A DNA stretch of 24,691 nt. It comes from a virus (Duplodnaviria; Caudoviricetes). The notes beneath the pieces are model-generated. The model worked only from the letters and a program-made list of their open reading frames with translations. It was not told where the DNA came from and ran no database searches. The number at the start of each line of letters is the position of its first letter. Position 1 is the first letter of the stretch. Made by a program: the position numbers and the translations under genes. Location of the stretch: positions 1-24,691 of the IMG/VR virus record IMGVR_UViG_3300048574_000056; one strand, 5' to 3'. Of this stretch, positions 7,569 through 15,944 are shown piece by piece.

Positions 7569-8993
7569 ATGGCCGCGCGCACGCCCGCCACGCACAAGAA
7601 GGCCCTCCGGGTCGTGCGGTTCTTCGAGCGGCACCTGAAGCAGACGAAGGGCCGGTGGCGGGGCAAGCCGTTCCTGCTCGAGGACTGGCAGCGCGACGAG
7701 ATCGTGGCCCCGATCTACGGACGCGTCGATCGCCGCGGCCTGCGGAAGATCCGCGAGGCGCTGATCCTCCTGGCACGGAAGAACGCCAAGAGCACCCTGA
7801 CCGCCGGCTTCGGCCTGTACCACCTGCTCGGCGACGGCGAGCCCGGCGCCGAGGTGTACACCGCGGCGACGACGAAGGACCAGGCCGCGCTCGTCTTCGA
7901 CACCGCGAAGCAGATGGTCGAGATGAACCCGCTGCTCACGGCGTCGTGCCGCGTCTACAAGCGGGTGATCGAAGTTCCCGAGACCGGCTCGATCATGAAG
8001 TGCCTGTCGTCCGACTTCGACGGTGGCGGCCGGCTCCACGGACTCAACCCGTCCGCCAACATCATCGACGAGCTGTGGGCGCACCCGAACAGCGACGTGT
8101 ACGACGCGCTCACGTCGGCCGACGCGGCGCGCGAGCAGCCGCTGACGCTCAACATCTCGACCGTCGGGCCGTTCCGCACCGGCGTGCTTTGGGACCTGTA
8201 TCAGCGCGCGGTCTCGAAGGAGGACCCCGCGCTGTTCATGGCGCACTTTGGGGCGCGCCCGGGCGAGGACCCGTCGAACCCGAAGACGTGGCGCGGCGCG
8301 AACCGCGCGTCCTGGGTGACGCTCGAGTACCTCGCGCGCCGCTACAAGGCGATGCCGCTCCCCCTGTTCGAGCAGCTGCACCTGAACCGCTGGCCAGACC
8401 GCGGCATCGGCGCGTGGATGGCCGACAGCACGTGGGAGGCGAACGGCGACGATCCCGAGTTCGACCCCGACGAGCCGGCCTACCTCGCGGTCGACGCGGC
8501 GTGGAAGAAGGACAGCTGCGCGATCGCCATGGTGCAGCGAGATCTCGAGGAGCGGCTGCACGTGTACGTGTGGGTGTTCCAGGCCGACAACCTGCTCGGC
8601 TACCTGGACTACGGCCAGGTCGAGGACCTGATCCGCGAGCTGTGCCGGGACTTCACGATCGACCGGATCGCGTTCGACCCCTACACGATGATCCGCACGA
8701 TGATGACCCTCGACGCCGAGGGCCTGCCCGTCGAGGAGTTCCCGCAGAGCGTCGCCCGCATGACCAAGGGCGCCGACGTCCTGTACCGCGCGCTCGTCGA
8801 CGCGCGGCTCCTCCACGGCGGGGACGACGAGCTCGACAAGGCCCGGCGCGCGGCAACGATCCGCCAGACCACCGGCGGCTTCATGTTCGACAAGCGCAGC
8901 TCGGGCCAGATCGACGCCCTGATCGCCGTGCTCATGGCCGTGTTCCTGGCCGAGGCCGACGCCGACGACGGGCTCGTGGTCGCCGGCGGGTGA
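7569..8993 (+). CDS. terL: Terminase large subunit (474 aa)
   Basis: LEDWQ adenine-binding motif, ARKNAKS Walker A variant, IIDELW Walker B, ISTVG coupling motif, and nuclease motifs AVDAA, AFDPY and QIDALIA. Confidence 0.96.
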   Translation: MAARTPATHKKALRVVRFFERHLKQTKGRWRGKPFLLEDWQRDEIVAPIYGRVDRRGLRKIREALILLARKNAKSTLTAGFGLYHLLGDGEPGAEVYTAATTKDQAALVFDTAKQMVEMNPLLTASCRVYKRVIEVPETGSIMKCLSSDFDGGGRLHGLNPSANIIDELWAHPNSDVYDALTSADAAREQPLTLNISTVGPFRTGVLWDLYQRAVSKEDPALFMAHFGARPGEDPSNPKTWRGANRASWVTLEYLARRYKAMPLPLFEQLHLNRWPDRGIGAWMADSTWEANGDDPEFDPDEPAYLAVDAAWKKDSCAIAMVQRDLEERLHVYVWVFQADNLLGYLDYGQVEDLIRELCRDFTIDRIAFDPYTMIRTMMTLDAEGLPVEEFPQSVARMTKGADVLYRALVDARLLHGGDDELDKARRAATIRQTTGGFMFDKRSSGQIDALIAVLMAVFLAEADADDGLVVAGG

Positions 8994-9009
8994 CAGCGGC
9001 CGCACCGTG
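8987..9009 (+). promoter_or_regulatory. Late-promoter motif copy 3 (before Sm-like gene/portal)
   Basis: CGGGTGAC agcggcCgc AccgT g. ATG 9015 is at +1 with no SD. The TGA in the motif is the terL stop. Confidence 0.75.
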
Positions 9010-9014
9010 GCGGC

Positions 9015-9239
9015 ATGCGCTGGCTGAATCGGCTGACCGCCCGCACGATCGCGGTCCACCTCACCGACGACGAGTCGATCCGCGGCGTGGTCGCCGGCGT
9101 CTACCGCGACTGCGTGGTCCTCAAGCACGCCGCCTACCTCAGCCCGAACGGGTCGATCGACAAGCTCGACGGCGAGACCGTGATCCCGCGGGAGCGGATC
9201 GGCTGGATCCAGACGCTGAAGCCGGACGAGGTCGGCTGA
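9015..9239 (+). CDS. Small Sm/LSm-fold-like protein (74 aa), putative RNA-binding
   Basis: IAVHLTDDESIRGVV...CVVLKHA (Sm1-like) and GETVIPRERIGWIQ (Sm2-like). The stop is coupled to the portal ATG. Confidence 0.7.
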   Translation: MRWLNRLTARTIAVHLTDDESIRGVVAGVYRDCVVLKHAAYLSPNGSIDKLDGETVIPRERIGWIQTLKPDEVG

Positions 9240-10504
9240 TGCCCGTCGTCCTGTCGTCCGGCCGGACGGTATCGATCCGCCGCGACCCGATGATGGCCGC
9301 GACGACGATCCGCGCCGGCAGCGGCAACGTAGAGCTGCTCCGCAGCACCGGCGCGCTCGCCGTGTCGTACGAGTGGGTGTACCGCTCGCAGCCGTACGTC
9401 TTCGCGACGATCAACAAGCTGGTCAAGGGCGCGGCCCGCAACCCCCTCTCGGTCTACCAGCTCGACGCGCAGGACAACGTCCTCGAGCCCGTCATCGGGC
9501 ACGAGCTCGTGCGGCTGCTCCGCAACCCGGCGCCGCGCGTGACGCAATACCGGATGGTCTCCGAGGTCTTCCGCTCGCGCTACGTCCACGGCCACGCGCT
9601 GCTGTGGAAGGACCGCCTCAACGGCCCCGGGTCGGCCGTGCAGAAGCTCTGGCCGATCCCTTGGTCGAGCGTGTACGTGCACGAGGACGACCTCGGCCCG
9701 CTCCAGTACGACCTGACGATCAACGGCCAGTCCTGGTCGGTCGCCCCCAGCGAGGTCGTCCACACGCAGACGATCGGCGGGATATCCCCGATCGAGGTCC
9801 TGCGAACCACGATCGCGATCGAGGACGCGGCGGTCTCCTACCAGGCCTACGCGCTGAAGAACGGCATCGCGCCCAAGGCGGTCTTCAGCGGTGAGGGCCT
9901 CAACCCCCGCTCCGTCGACGCGCTGCGCGCCGAGCTCCGCAAGCTGTACGCAGGCCCGGAGAACGCCGGCAACTTCGTCGTCGCCGGCGGCAAGCTCGAC
10001 GTCAAGGGCCTGGCCCTCTCGCCCGCCGACCTCGGACTGGACCCACTGCGCCAGCTCACCCGTCAGGAGGTCTTCGCCGCCCTCGACGTCCCGCCGCCGC
10101 TCGTCGGGATCCTCGAGCACGCCACCCTCGCCAACGTCAGCGAGTACAAGAACCTGCTCCACGACGCGATCCGTTCCGACATGGAGGCGTTCAAGCAGGA
10201 CGTCCAGGTGCAGCTGATCAACGACGAGAAGGCGTGGGACGGCCTGGTCACCGAGTGGGACCTCTCCGAGTGGCTCGCGCCGACACCGGCCGAGCAGGCC
10301 CGCATCGATCTGCTCGACCAGCAGAACAGCACTCGGACGATCAACGAACGTCGACGCTCCCGCCGGCTGCCGCGGATCGACCACGAGCTCGCCGACACCG
10401 TGCTGGTGCCGCAGAACATGATCAGCCTCGACCACGCCGAGCCCGGCACGCCGGCGCAGGGCGTCGCCGACCGGATCATCGCGGACGCGCTTGTCGAGGA
10501 GTGA
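9239..10504 (+). CDS. Portal protein, HK97 family (421 aa)
   Basis: HELVRLLRNP, HGHAL, LWPI, EVVH, GISPIE, NGIAP, YAGPENAG, DVPPPLVG and TINERR motifs, plus synteny. Confidence 0.95.
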   Translation: MPVVLSSGRTVSIRRDPMMAATTIRAGSGNVELLRSTGALAVSYEWVYRSQPYVFATINKLVKGAARNPLSVYQLDAQDNVLEPVIGHELVRLLRNPAPRVTQYRMVSEVFRSRYVHGHALLWKDRLNGPGSAVQKLWPIPWSSVYVHEDDLGPLQYDLTINGQSWSVAPSEVVHTQTIGGISPIEVLRTTIAIEDAAVSYQAYALKNGIAPKAVFSGEGLNPRSVDALRAELRKLYAGPENAGNFVVAGGKLDVKGLALSPADLGLDPLRQLTRQEVFAALDVPPPLVGILEHATLANVSEYKNLLHDAIRSDMEAFKQDVQVQLINDEKAWDGLVTEWDLSEWLAPTPAEQARIDLLDQQNSTRTINERRRSRRLPRIDHELADTVLVPQNMISLDHAEPGTPAQGVADRIIADALVEE

Positions 10505-10505
10505 T

Positions 10506-10528
10506 CGGGTGACAGCGGCCTGACCCTG
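10506..10528 (+). promoter_or_regulatory. Late-promoter motif copy 4 (before prohead protease)
   Basis: CGGGTGAC agcggcCtg AcccT g. ATG 10534 is at +1 with no SD. Confidence 0.8.
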
Positions 10529-10533
10529 CCGCC

Positions 10534-11223
10534 ATGACCTACAGCGCGCCTTTCGACACGATCGGCCGACGCGAGAGCAAGGCGTTCAACGTCGACTTCA
10601 AGTCGGTCGACGTGAAGGCCGGCACCGTCGAGGCGATCACCAGCGTCTTCGGCAATCGCGACCGCGGCGGCGACACGATGATGCCCGGAGCGTTCGCCGA
10701 CACCCTCTCGGAGTGGAAGGCCAGCGGCGACCCGCTGCCCTTCATCTGGTCGCACGACTGGAACGACCCGATGGCTCACATCGGGTACTGCTCGGAGTAC
10801 GAGGCGACCGACACCGGCCTGTGGGTCAAGGCGCAGGTCGACACCGACCGCCCGTTCGCCGAGCAGGTGCTGCACCTCCTGAAGTCCCGCCGGGTCAAGC
10901 AGTTCTCCTTCGGCTATTTCACGGTCGACGCGAAGTGGACCGAGGACCCCGACACCGGCCGCTGGACCCGCGAGCTGTGGAAGGTCGACCTCATCGAGAC
11001 CGGCCCGACGCTCGTCGGGATGAACCCCGACACCGAGCTGATCGAGGCCGCGGCCGCCGGCGGGCTGGTCGCCCCGGCGTGGGCGAAGCCGCTGCTCGAG
11101 ATGGCCGCGAAGGGCGCCGCCGGCGGAACGGGTGACAGCGACCTCACCGTGAACCTCGACCGGCTGGAGCGCGCATCAGCGCTGCTCACCAGGCCACGTA
11201 ACGAAGGGATGCACCATGAGTGA
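10534..11223 (+). CDS. HK97-family prohead (capsid maturation) protease (229 aa)
   Basis: SVFGNRDRGGD, PGAF, WSHDW (catalytic His), GLWV, FSFGY (catalytic Ser) and ETGPTLVGMNP. Confidence 0.95.
   Translation: MTYSAPFDTIGRRESKAFNVDFKSVDVKAGTVEAITSVFGNRDRGGDTMMPGAFADTLSEWKASGDPLPFIWSHDWNDPMAHIGYCSEYEATDTGLWVKAQVDTDRPFAEQVLHLLKSRRVKQFSFGYFTVDAKWTEDPDTGRWTRELWKVDLIETGPTLVGMNPDTELIEAAAAGGLVAPAWAKPLLEMAAKGAAGGTGDSDLTVNLDRLERASALLTRPRNEGMHHE
11129..11151 (+). promoter_or_regulatory. Late-promoter motif copy 5 (inside the protease 3' end, before major capsid)
   Basis: CGGGTGAC agcgacCtc AccgT g. Predicted +1 near 11157. The capsid gene has SD GAAGGGA at 11203-11209. Confidence 0.7.
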
Positions 11224-12487
11224 CCAGGCAGTGGCCCGGCGGCTGGCCGACGAGATCGCGGTGAAGACCACCGAGGCGAACGAGGCGTGGACCGCGTTCG
11301 ACACGGCCCGCAAGTCCGCCATCGCGGAGGGCGTGGACTTCGCCAGCAACACCGAGGCGTTCGACCGGATCGACGAGCTCTCCAAGTCGTACGACGCCAA
11401 GCGCGACGAGATCGCCAAGCTCGAGACCCGCCGGCAGTCGGCGCTCGGGTGGCCCGACCAGCCGAAGGCCGACCGGCGCGAGGACGACCGCGAGCGCGAG
11501 GAGCGGTCCACGGGCAAGGGCTGGGGGCAGGCGTTCCTCGACAGCGACATCTACGAGGGGCTCAAGGCCTCCCGTGCGCTGGACACGCCGACGGTGCGGA
11601 TCAACACCGACGGCCTCAAGGTCGCCGACGTCGCCGAGCTGAAGACGCTGCTGTCGAGCTCGGGCGCGAGCGCCGGCGACCTGGTCGTCAACGACCGCAA
11701 GGACATCGTCGCCCTCATCCCGAAGGCGAACCTGACGATCCTCGACGCAGTCACCGTCGGCGACACCGACAGCGACACGGTCGAGTACGTCGTGGAGACC
11801 ACGATGACCAACGCGGCCGCGGAGGTCGCCGAGGACACCGCGGCGCCCGAGGCCACCCTGGTGTACGAGGACGTGCAGGCGTTCGTCCGCGACATCGCGG
11901 TCTGGATCCCGGCGACCCGCCGCATCCTCGCGGACGCCGGCCAGCTGCGGACCCTCGTCGACGGCCGCCTGTCGTACATGGTCCGCGCCCGGCTGCAGAC
12001 GCAGCTGATCAGCGGCGACGGCACCGGCGAGAACCTCCTCGGCCTGGTCAACACGGCCGGCATCAGCGCGCAGGCGCTCGGCGCGCTGTCCCGCGCGGAC
12101 GCCGTCCACAAGGCGATCACCAAGGTGCGCGTCGCCGCGGAGGGCGTGTTCGAGCCCGTCGCGATCGGCATGCACCCGAACGACGCCGAGGAGCTGTTCC
12201 TCGAGAAGGACGCCTACGGCCAGTACTACTTCGGCGGCCCCGGCAGCGGCTTCGACCGCACCGTGTGGGGCCTGCGGCCGATCGTCCAGGTGGCGTTCCC
12301 CGAGGGCAACCCCGTCGTCGGCGACTTCAAGCAGCTGATCCTCTGGCTGCGCGAGGGCGTCGTCATGTCGATGAGCGACTCGCACAGCGACTTCTTCACC
12401 AAGCGCAAGGTCGCCGTGATGGCGACCCTCCGGGCCGCCGCCGGCGTCCCGCAGCCCAAGGCCTTCTGCGAGCTCACCGGCTTCTAG
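11216..12487 (+). CDS. Major capsid protein, HK97 fold, with N-terminal delta (scaffold) domain (423 aa)
   Basis: Coiled-coil N-terminus, AEVAE...PE, QLISGDGTGENLLGL, MHPND, VWGLRP and VGDF, plus synteny. Confidence 0.96.
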   Translation: MSDQAVARRLADEIAVKTTEANEAWTAFDTARKSAIAEGVDFASNTEAFDRIDELSKSYDAKRDEIAKLETRRQSALGWPDQPKADRREDDREREERSTGKGWGQAFLDSDIYEGLKASRALDTPTVRINTDGLKVADVAELKTLLSSSGASAGDLVVNDRKDIVALIPKANLTILDAVTVGDTDSDTVEYVVETTMTNAAAEVAEDTAAPEATLVYEDVQAFVRDIAVWIPATRRILADAGQLRTLVDGRLSYMVRARLQTQLISGDGTGENLLGLVNTAGISAQALGALSRADAVHKAITKVRVAAEGVFEPVAIGMHPNDAEELFLEKDAYGQYYFGGPGSGFDRTVWGLRPIVQVAFPEGNPVVGDFKQLILWLREGVVMSMSDSHSDFFTKRKVAVMATLRAAAGVPQPKAFCELTGF

Positions 12488-12502
12488 GCCACCACACAGA
12501 TC

Positions 12503-12547
12503 GCCGGCTGCCGGGGAGTCGCGGGCAGCGCCACCCCGGCAGCCGGC
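12503..12547 (+). terminator. Strong stem-loop after the capsid gene (U-less terminator or mRNA-stabilising hairpin)
   Basis: Perfect 14-bp inverted repeat GCCGGCTGCCGGGG 12503-12516 / CCCCGGCAGCCGGC 12534-12547, with no U-tract. Confidence 0.7.
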
Positions 12548-12570
12548 CCCCATCACTGGAAGGACGCACC

Positions 12571-12726
12571 GTGGCAACGTTCGACGAGGACAAGGGCCAG
12601 AACGTACTCGTGGCCGCGATCGCGGATATCCCGTCGCCGGGCAGCGCCACCGCGCCGACATGCGCCGCGAAGATCAACGAGCTGCTCGCCGCCCTGCGGG
12701 CCGCGGGCGTCATCGCACTCGACTGA
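12571..12726 (+). CDS. Small head fiber/decoration-like protein (51 aa)
   Basis: GGAAGGA SD and GTG start. MATFDEDKGQ...AAIADI...KINELLAALRAAGVIALD has the K-x-N-x-LL-xx-LR-x-AG ending of phage head-fiber proteins. It directly follows the capsid gene. Confidence 0.75.
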   Translation: MATFDEDKGQNVLVAAIADIPSPGSATAPTCAAKINELLAALRAAGVIALD

Positions 12727-13127
12727 TGCGCTCCCGCCGCTGTCTGGTCTGCGGCCGGTCGCACGACGAGTGCCACCTCGACAACCTGGTCATCATCGAC
12801 AACACATCGGAGGCTCGCATGGCCAAGCAGTGGCGCTCCCGGGAGCGCGTGTACGACACCGACGTCCACGGGATCTCGTTCCTCAAGTACCCAGTTGGCG
12901 CCCTCATCCCGGAGGACGAGGCGCGACGCCAGGGCCTGGTCGACGCGGCCGAGTCGAAGGCCGTGACCCCGCCCGACGGCGGCGACTCCGGCGCGCAGGA
13001 CAAGGCCGTGGCCCCGCCTGCCAACACCGGCGTGAAGGCTCCGGTGCCGGCGCAGCGGAAGACCCCGGTGGCGAAGAAGGCCCCGGTGAAGAAGGCGCCC
13101 GCGAAGCGCGCCGCGTCCGCGAAGTAG
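12726..13127 (+). CDS. Hypothetical virion-module protein with Lys/Ala/Pro-rich histone-like tail (133 aa; alternative start 12819)
   Basis: TGATG coupling at 12726, and an in-frame ATG 12819 with a GGAGG SD. Ends KTPVAKKAPVKKAPAKRAASAK. Confidence 0.75.
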   Translation: MRSRRCLVCGRSHDECHLDNLVIIDNTSEARMAKQWRSRERVYDTDVHGISFLKYPVGALIPEDEARRQGLVDAAESKAVTPPDGGDSGAQDKAVAPPANTGVKAPVPAQRKTPVAKKAPVKKAPAKRAASAK

Positions 13128-13133
13128 CGCCCG

Positions 13134-13979
13134 GTGCAGCGCCTGGCGCTGGGCTGGGGCGGCACGATCCGCATCACGCTCCGCGACGGCGACGGGGACC
13201 CGGTCGACGCGACCGGCCCGGTCGCCGTGACGGTCGTCGACGCGCTCGGGGCCACCACCGCGTCAGCCGTCGCGGCGAAGGCTCCCGACTCGACCGGCAT
13301 CTACCAGCTCGCCCTGACACCGGCGCAGCTGCCGGAGCTCGGCGTCTACCAGGCCAGCTGGTCCGCCACCGTCGGCACGGTGACGATCGCGCCGCGCACC
13401 GAGGTCGAGATCGTCTCCGCGCACCTCTTCGGCATCGATGAGCTGCGCCGCAAGCCGGCGCTCTCGGACGACGTGAAGTACCCGACCTGGCTGCTCGCCG
13501 AGAAGCGCGAGCAGGTCACCGAATGGCTCGAGACCGTCGCCGCGGTGTCCTTCGTGACCCGCCGCGCCGTCCGGACGCTGCGGGGCGACGGCTCGGACAC
13601 GGTCCTGACCCGCGACCCGCTCATCCAGCGCCTGATCTCGGTCACCGTCGACGGCCAGCCGTGGCCAGCCTCCGAGGTCGACGGAGCATGGTCGATCGGC
13701 GAGCTGCGTGCGCCCGCGGGCGATCGGTGGCCTGACGGGTCGGAGATCGTCGCGGTCTACGAGCACGGGTACCAGAGCGTCCACCCGTCCGTCCGCGACG
13801 CCGCGCTCGAGCTCGCCCGCGACGCTGCCGTCCCGACCGCCGGCAACCCGCGGGCGACCGTCGAGAGCACCGAGGTCGGGTCGTTCCGCCTGTCGATCCC
13901 GTCGCCGGGCACCCCCACCGGCATCCCCTACGTCGACCAGGTCATCCGCGAGCTCGGCTTCCGTCGCCCGGCGGTCTGA
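13134..13979 (+). CDS. Head-to-tail adaptor with N-terminal Ig-like extension (281 aa)
   Basis: The C-terminal part (EWLETVAAVSF...LRGDGSD...YEHGY...SVRDAALELA...TGIPYVDQVI) resembles adaptor/connector proteins. The N-terminal ~95 aa is beta-rich (DGDPVDAT...TGIYQ...GVYQASW). Confidence 0.75.
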   Translation: MQRLALGWGGTIRITLRDGDGDPVDATGPVAVTVVDALGATTASAVAAKAPDSTGIYQLALTPAQLPELGVYQASWSATVGTVTIAPRTEVEIVSAHLFGIDELRRKPALSDDVKYPTWLLAEKREQVTEWLETVAAVSFVTRRAVRTLRGDGSDTVLTRDPLIQRLISVTVDGQPWPASEVDGAWSIGELRAPAGDRWPDGSEIVAVYEHGYQSVHPSVRDAALELARDAAVPTAGNPRATVESTEVGSFRLSIPSPGTPTGIPYVDQVIRELGFRRPAV

Positions 13980-14416
13980 TGCATACCGCGTTCTTCGACA
14001 CCCAGGACGCCATCGTGGCGCTCCTGCGGACCGTGGTGCCCGCGGCGATCTCCGTCGGCCTCTCCCCCGCGATGCCCGACGAGGAGCACGTGTGGGTCGG
14101 TGGGGAGACACCCACGCCGGTCGACCGGACGTATCGGCAGTCCGGCGTCGTCGCGGCCGATGAGTCGTTCGACGTCCTCGTGCACGTCCTGGTGCAGTAC
14201 GAGGACCCCGAATACCGACCGGCCCGCGATCGCCTGAAGTCGGTGCTCGATCCGATCTGCGACGCGTTCAGCGCGGATCCGAGGCTCGGCGGCCGCCTGA
14301 TGCTGTGCGTCGTGGCCACGATTCAGATCGAGGCCGCGCTCGTCGACGAGCGCACCTGGCAGGCGATGGCCACGCTCGCCGTCCGCTGCTCAGCGCAGGT
14401 AACCCGCGACGGGTGA
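13979..14416 (+). CDS. Probable tail terminator/completion protein (145 aa)
   Basis: Size, position before the major tail gene, and the ADPRLGG motif seen in actinophage tail terminators. Confidence 0.65.
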   Translation: MHTAFFDTQDAIVALLRTVVPAAISVGLSPAMPDEEHVWVGGETPTPVDRTYRQSGVVAADESFDVLVHVLVQYEDPEYRPARDRLKSVLDPICDAFSADPRLGGRLMLCVVATIQIEAALVDERTWQAMATLAVRCSAQVTRDG

Positions 14417-14432
14417 CACCGCCCTGACCCTG
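14410..14432 (+). promoter_or_regulatory. Late-promoter motif copy 6 (before the tail operon)
   Basis: CGGGTGAC accgccCtg AcccT g. ATG 14438 is at +1 with no SD. The TGA in the motif is the upstream stop. Confidence 0.8.
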
Positions 14433-14437
14433 GGCCC

Positions 14438-14698
14438 ATGACGACGACTGTCGAGTTCGCGACCGGCGATGGGCTGGTCACTTACCAGATCACCGACGGC
14501 GACCTGTCCGAGGTGAAGCCCGAGCACGTCGCCCAGGTCCGCAGCGCCCTGTCGCTGGACCTCGAGGCCCCCGCGGCCGCGCCGGCCGACGACGCCGGCG
14601 ACGACGAGTCGGCCGCCCCCGAGACCCCGCCGGCCGACGACGCCGCCGAGGACACCACGTCGAGCACGCGCCGCGGCCGCGGCCGAGCGAGGGAGTAG
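14438..14698 (+). CDS. Hypothetical protein (86 aa) with acidic low-complexity linker and basic tip
   Basis: Fills the gap before the major tail gene. GC3-rich codons. PADDAGDDES...RRGRGRARE. Confidence 0.75.
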   Translation: MTTTVEFATGDGLVTYQITDGDLSEVKPEHVAQVRSALSLDLEAPAAAPADDAGDDESAAPETPPADDAAEDTTSSTRRGRGRARE

Positions 14699-14701
14699 AG
14701 C

Positions 14702-15670
14702 ATGGGCAGCATCCAGTCCGCGATCGCGCTCGTCGGGATCGCGAAGCAGACCGCGAAGGGCAGCGCCGCCGCGCAGCCGACGTACGCGCACGGCATCACC
14801 GACGGCGCCGTGAGCAAGCTCGACATCTCGCAGGACCGCGAGGAGCGCACGTCCGGGACCCGGTTCGCGCCGGCCGTCAACCGGACCGAAGCGCAGCCCG
14901 CCGCGGACTACACCTGCCGGGCGCACCCCCGCACGCTGCCGCTGTACCTGTACGCCGCGCTCGGCTCGATCGCGACGACCGGCGCCGGGCCGTACACGCA
15001 CGTCATCACCACCGGCGCGGACCTCCCGTACCTGTCCCTGTTCGGCAAGATCGGCGCGGAGATCCTCCGCGTCCCCGACGCGAAGCTCGACGAGCTCAAG
15101 CTCAGCTGGTCGGGCAACGAACCGCTCGAGGTCGCCGTGACCGCGATCGGCTGCGAGGTCGACCCGCAGGCGACGTGGACACCCACGACCGACGACTCGC
15201 AGGCGGCCTACTGGACGCCCGTCGGCGGCACCTTCCAGCTCGACATCGACGGCACCACGCTCGCCGCGGCGCCCGTCACTGGCGGCGACGTCACGATCAG
15301 CAACTCGGCGGCGCCGATCTTCGTCTCCGGCGTCATCACGCCGAACGACATCGCCGTCGGCGTGCAGACCGTCGACGTCACGCTCGAGATGACGCCGGCG
15401 GACCTGGCCGACTGGCGGACCATCGTGACCGGCACGCCGGCGGGCACGAACGTCCAGGGCGTCCCGGTCTACGGGTCGTTCTCCATCCAGTTCGCCAACG
15501 GCGCCGACACGCTGACGATCGCCTGCACGCGCGTCGCGTTCCTCATGGACTTCCCCGACGCCGACGCCGGCGGCGGCGCCGTCACCGTCACCGCCTCCGG
15601 CCAGGTCGTGCTCCCGGCCGCCGGCTCCCCGCTCACCGCGACCGTCGTCAACACCATCACCAGTTACTAG
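14702..15670 (+). CDS. Major tail (tube) protein (322 aa)
   Basis: GAGGGAG SD. GIAKQTAKG...P, LYAALGS, YTHVIT, LKLSW and TVVNTITSY resemble tail-tube proteins. Lies upstream of the chaperone and tape measure. Confidence 0.88.
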   Translation: MGSIQSAIALVGIAKQTAKGSAAAQPTYAHGITDGAVSKLDISQDREERTSGTRFAPAVNRTEAQPAADYTCRAHPRTLPLYLYAALGSIATTGAGPYTHVITTGADLPYLSLFGKIGAEILRVPDAKLDELKLSWSGNEPLEVAVTAIGCEVDPQATWTPTTDDSQAAYWTPVGGTFQLDIDGTTLAAAPVTGGDVTISNSAAPIFVSGVITPNDIAVGVQTVDVTLEMTPADLADWRTIVTGTPAGTNVQGVPVYGSFSIQFANGADTLTIACTRVAFLMDFPDADAGGGAVTVTASGQVVLPAAGSPLTATVVNTITSY

Positions 15671-15683
15671 AGAGGAACCCGGA

Positions 15684-15944
15684 ATGAAGATCGACTTTCA
15701 CGTCGTCGTCGAGGACGGAACCGAGTACGACGTCACGACGTCGATGGCCGACGTCATCGCGCTCGAGGAGCACTTCGACATCGACGCGTCGCAGTTCGGT
15801 GTCCGGCAGCGGGCCACCTGGATGACGTACCTCGCCTGGCACGCGCTCAAGCGCAAGGGCGTCGTCAACGAGACCTTCGACGCCTGGAAGCTGAAGGTCG
15901 AGGGCGTCGAGAGCCCCGACGGGAAGTCCTCGGGAAACGAGTGA
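15684..15944 (+). CDS. Tail assembly chaperone, short form (gpG-like, 86 aa)
   Basis: GAGAGGA SD. Follows the major tail gene and ends at a slippery site G GGA AAC. Confidence 0.85.
   Translation: MKIDFHVVVEDGTEYDVTTSMADVIALEEHFDIDASQFGVRQRATWMTYLAWHALKRKGVVNETFDAWKLKVEGVESPDGKSSGNE

Noticed and set aside
7773-7793. TerL Walker A reads ARKNAKS rather than GKS, suggesting possible inactivation
   Set aside because: RKNAKS is a recognised variant in this terminase group, and all other motifs are intact.
8313-8335. TGGGTGAC inside terL
   Set aside because: There is no A-N3-T at the conserved spacing. It is explained by Trp-Val-Thr codons.
7655-9238. Apparent 949-aa portal ORF and other N-terminally extended ORFs in the track (3285, 2572, 7251, 22222)
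   Set aside because: The extensions overlap real upstream genes in another frame. True starts are marked by stop/start coupling or SD sequences (9239, 3597, 2779, 7569, 22726).
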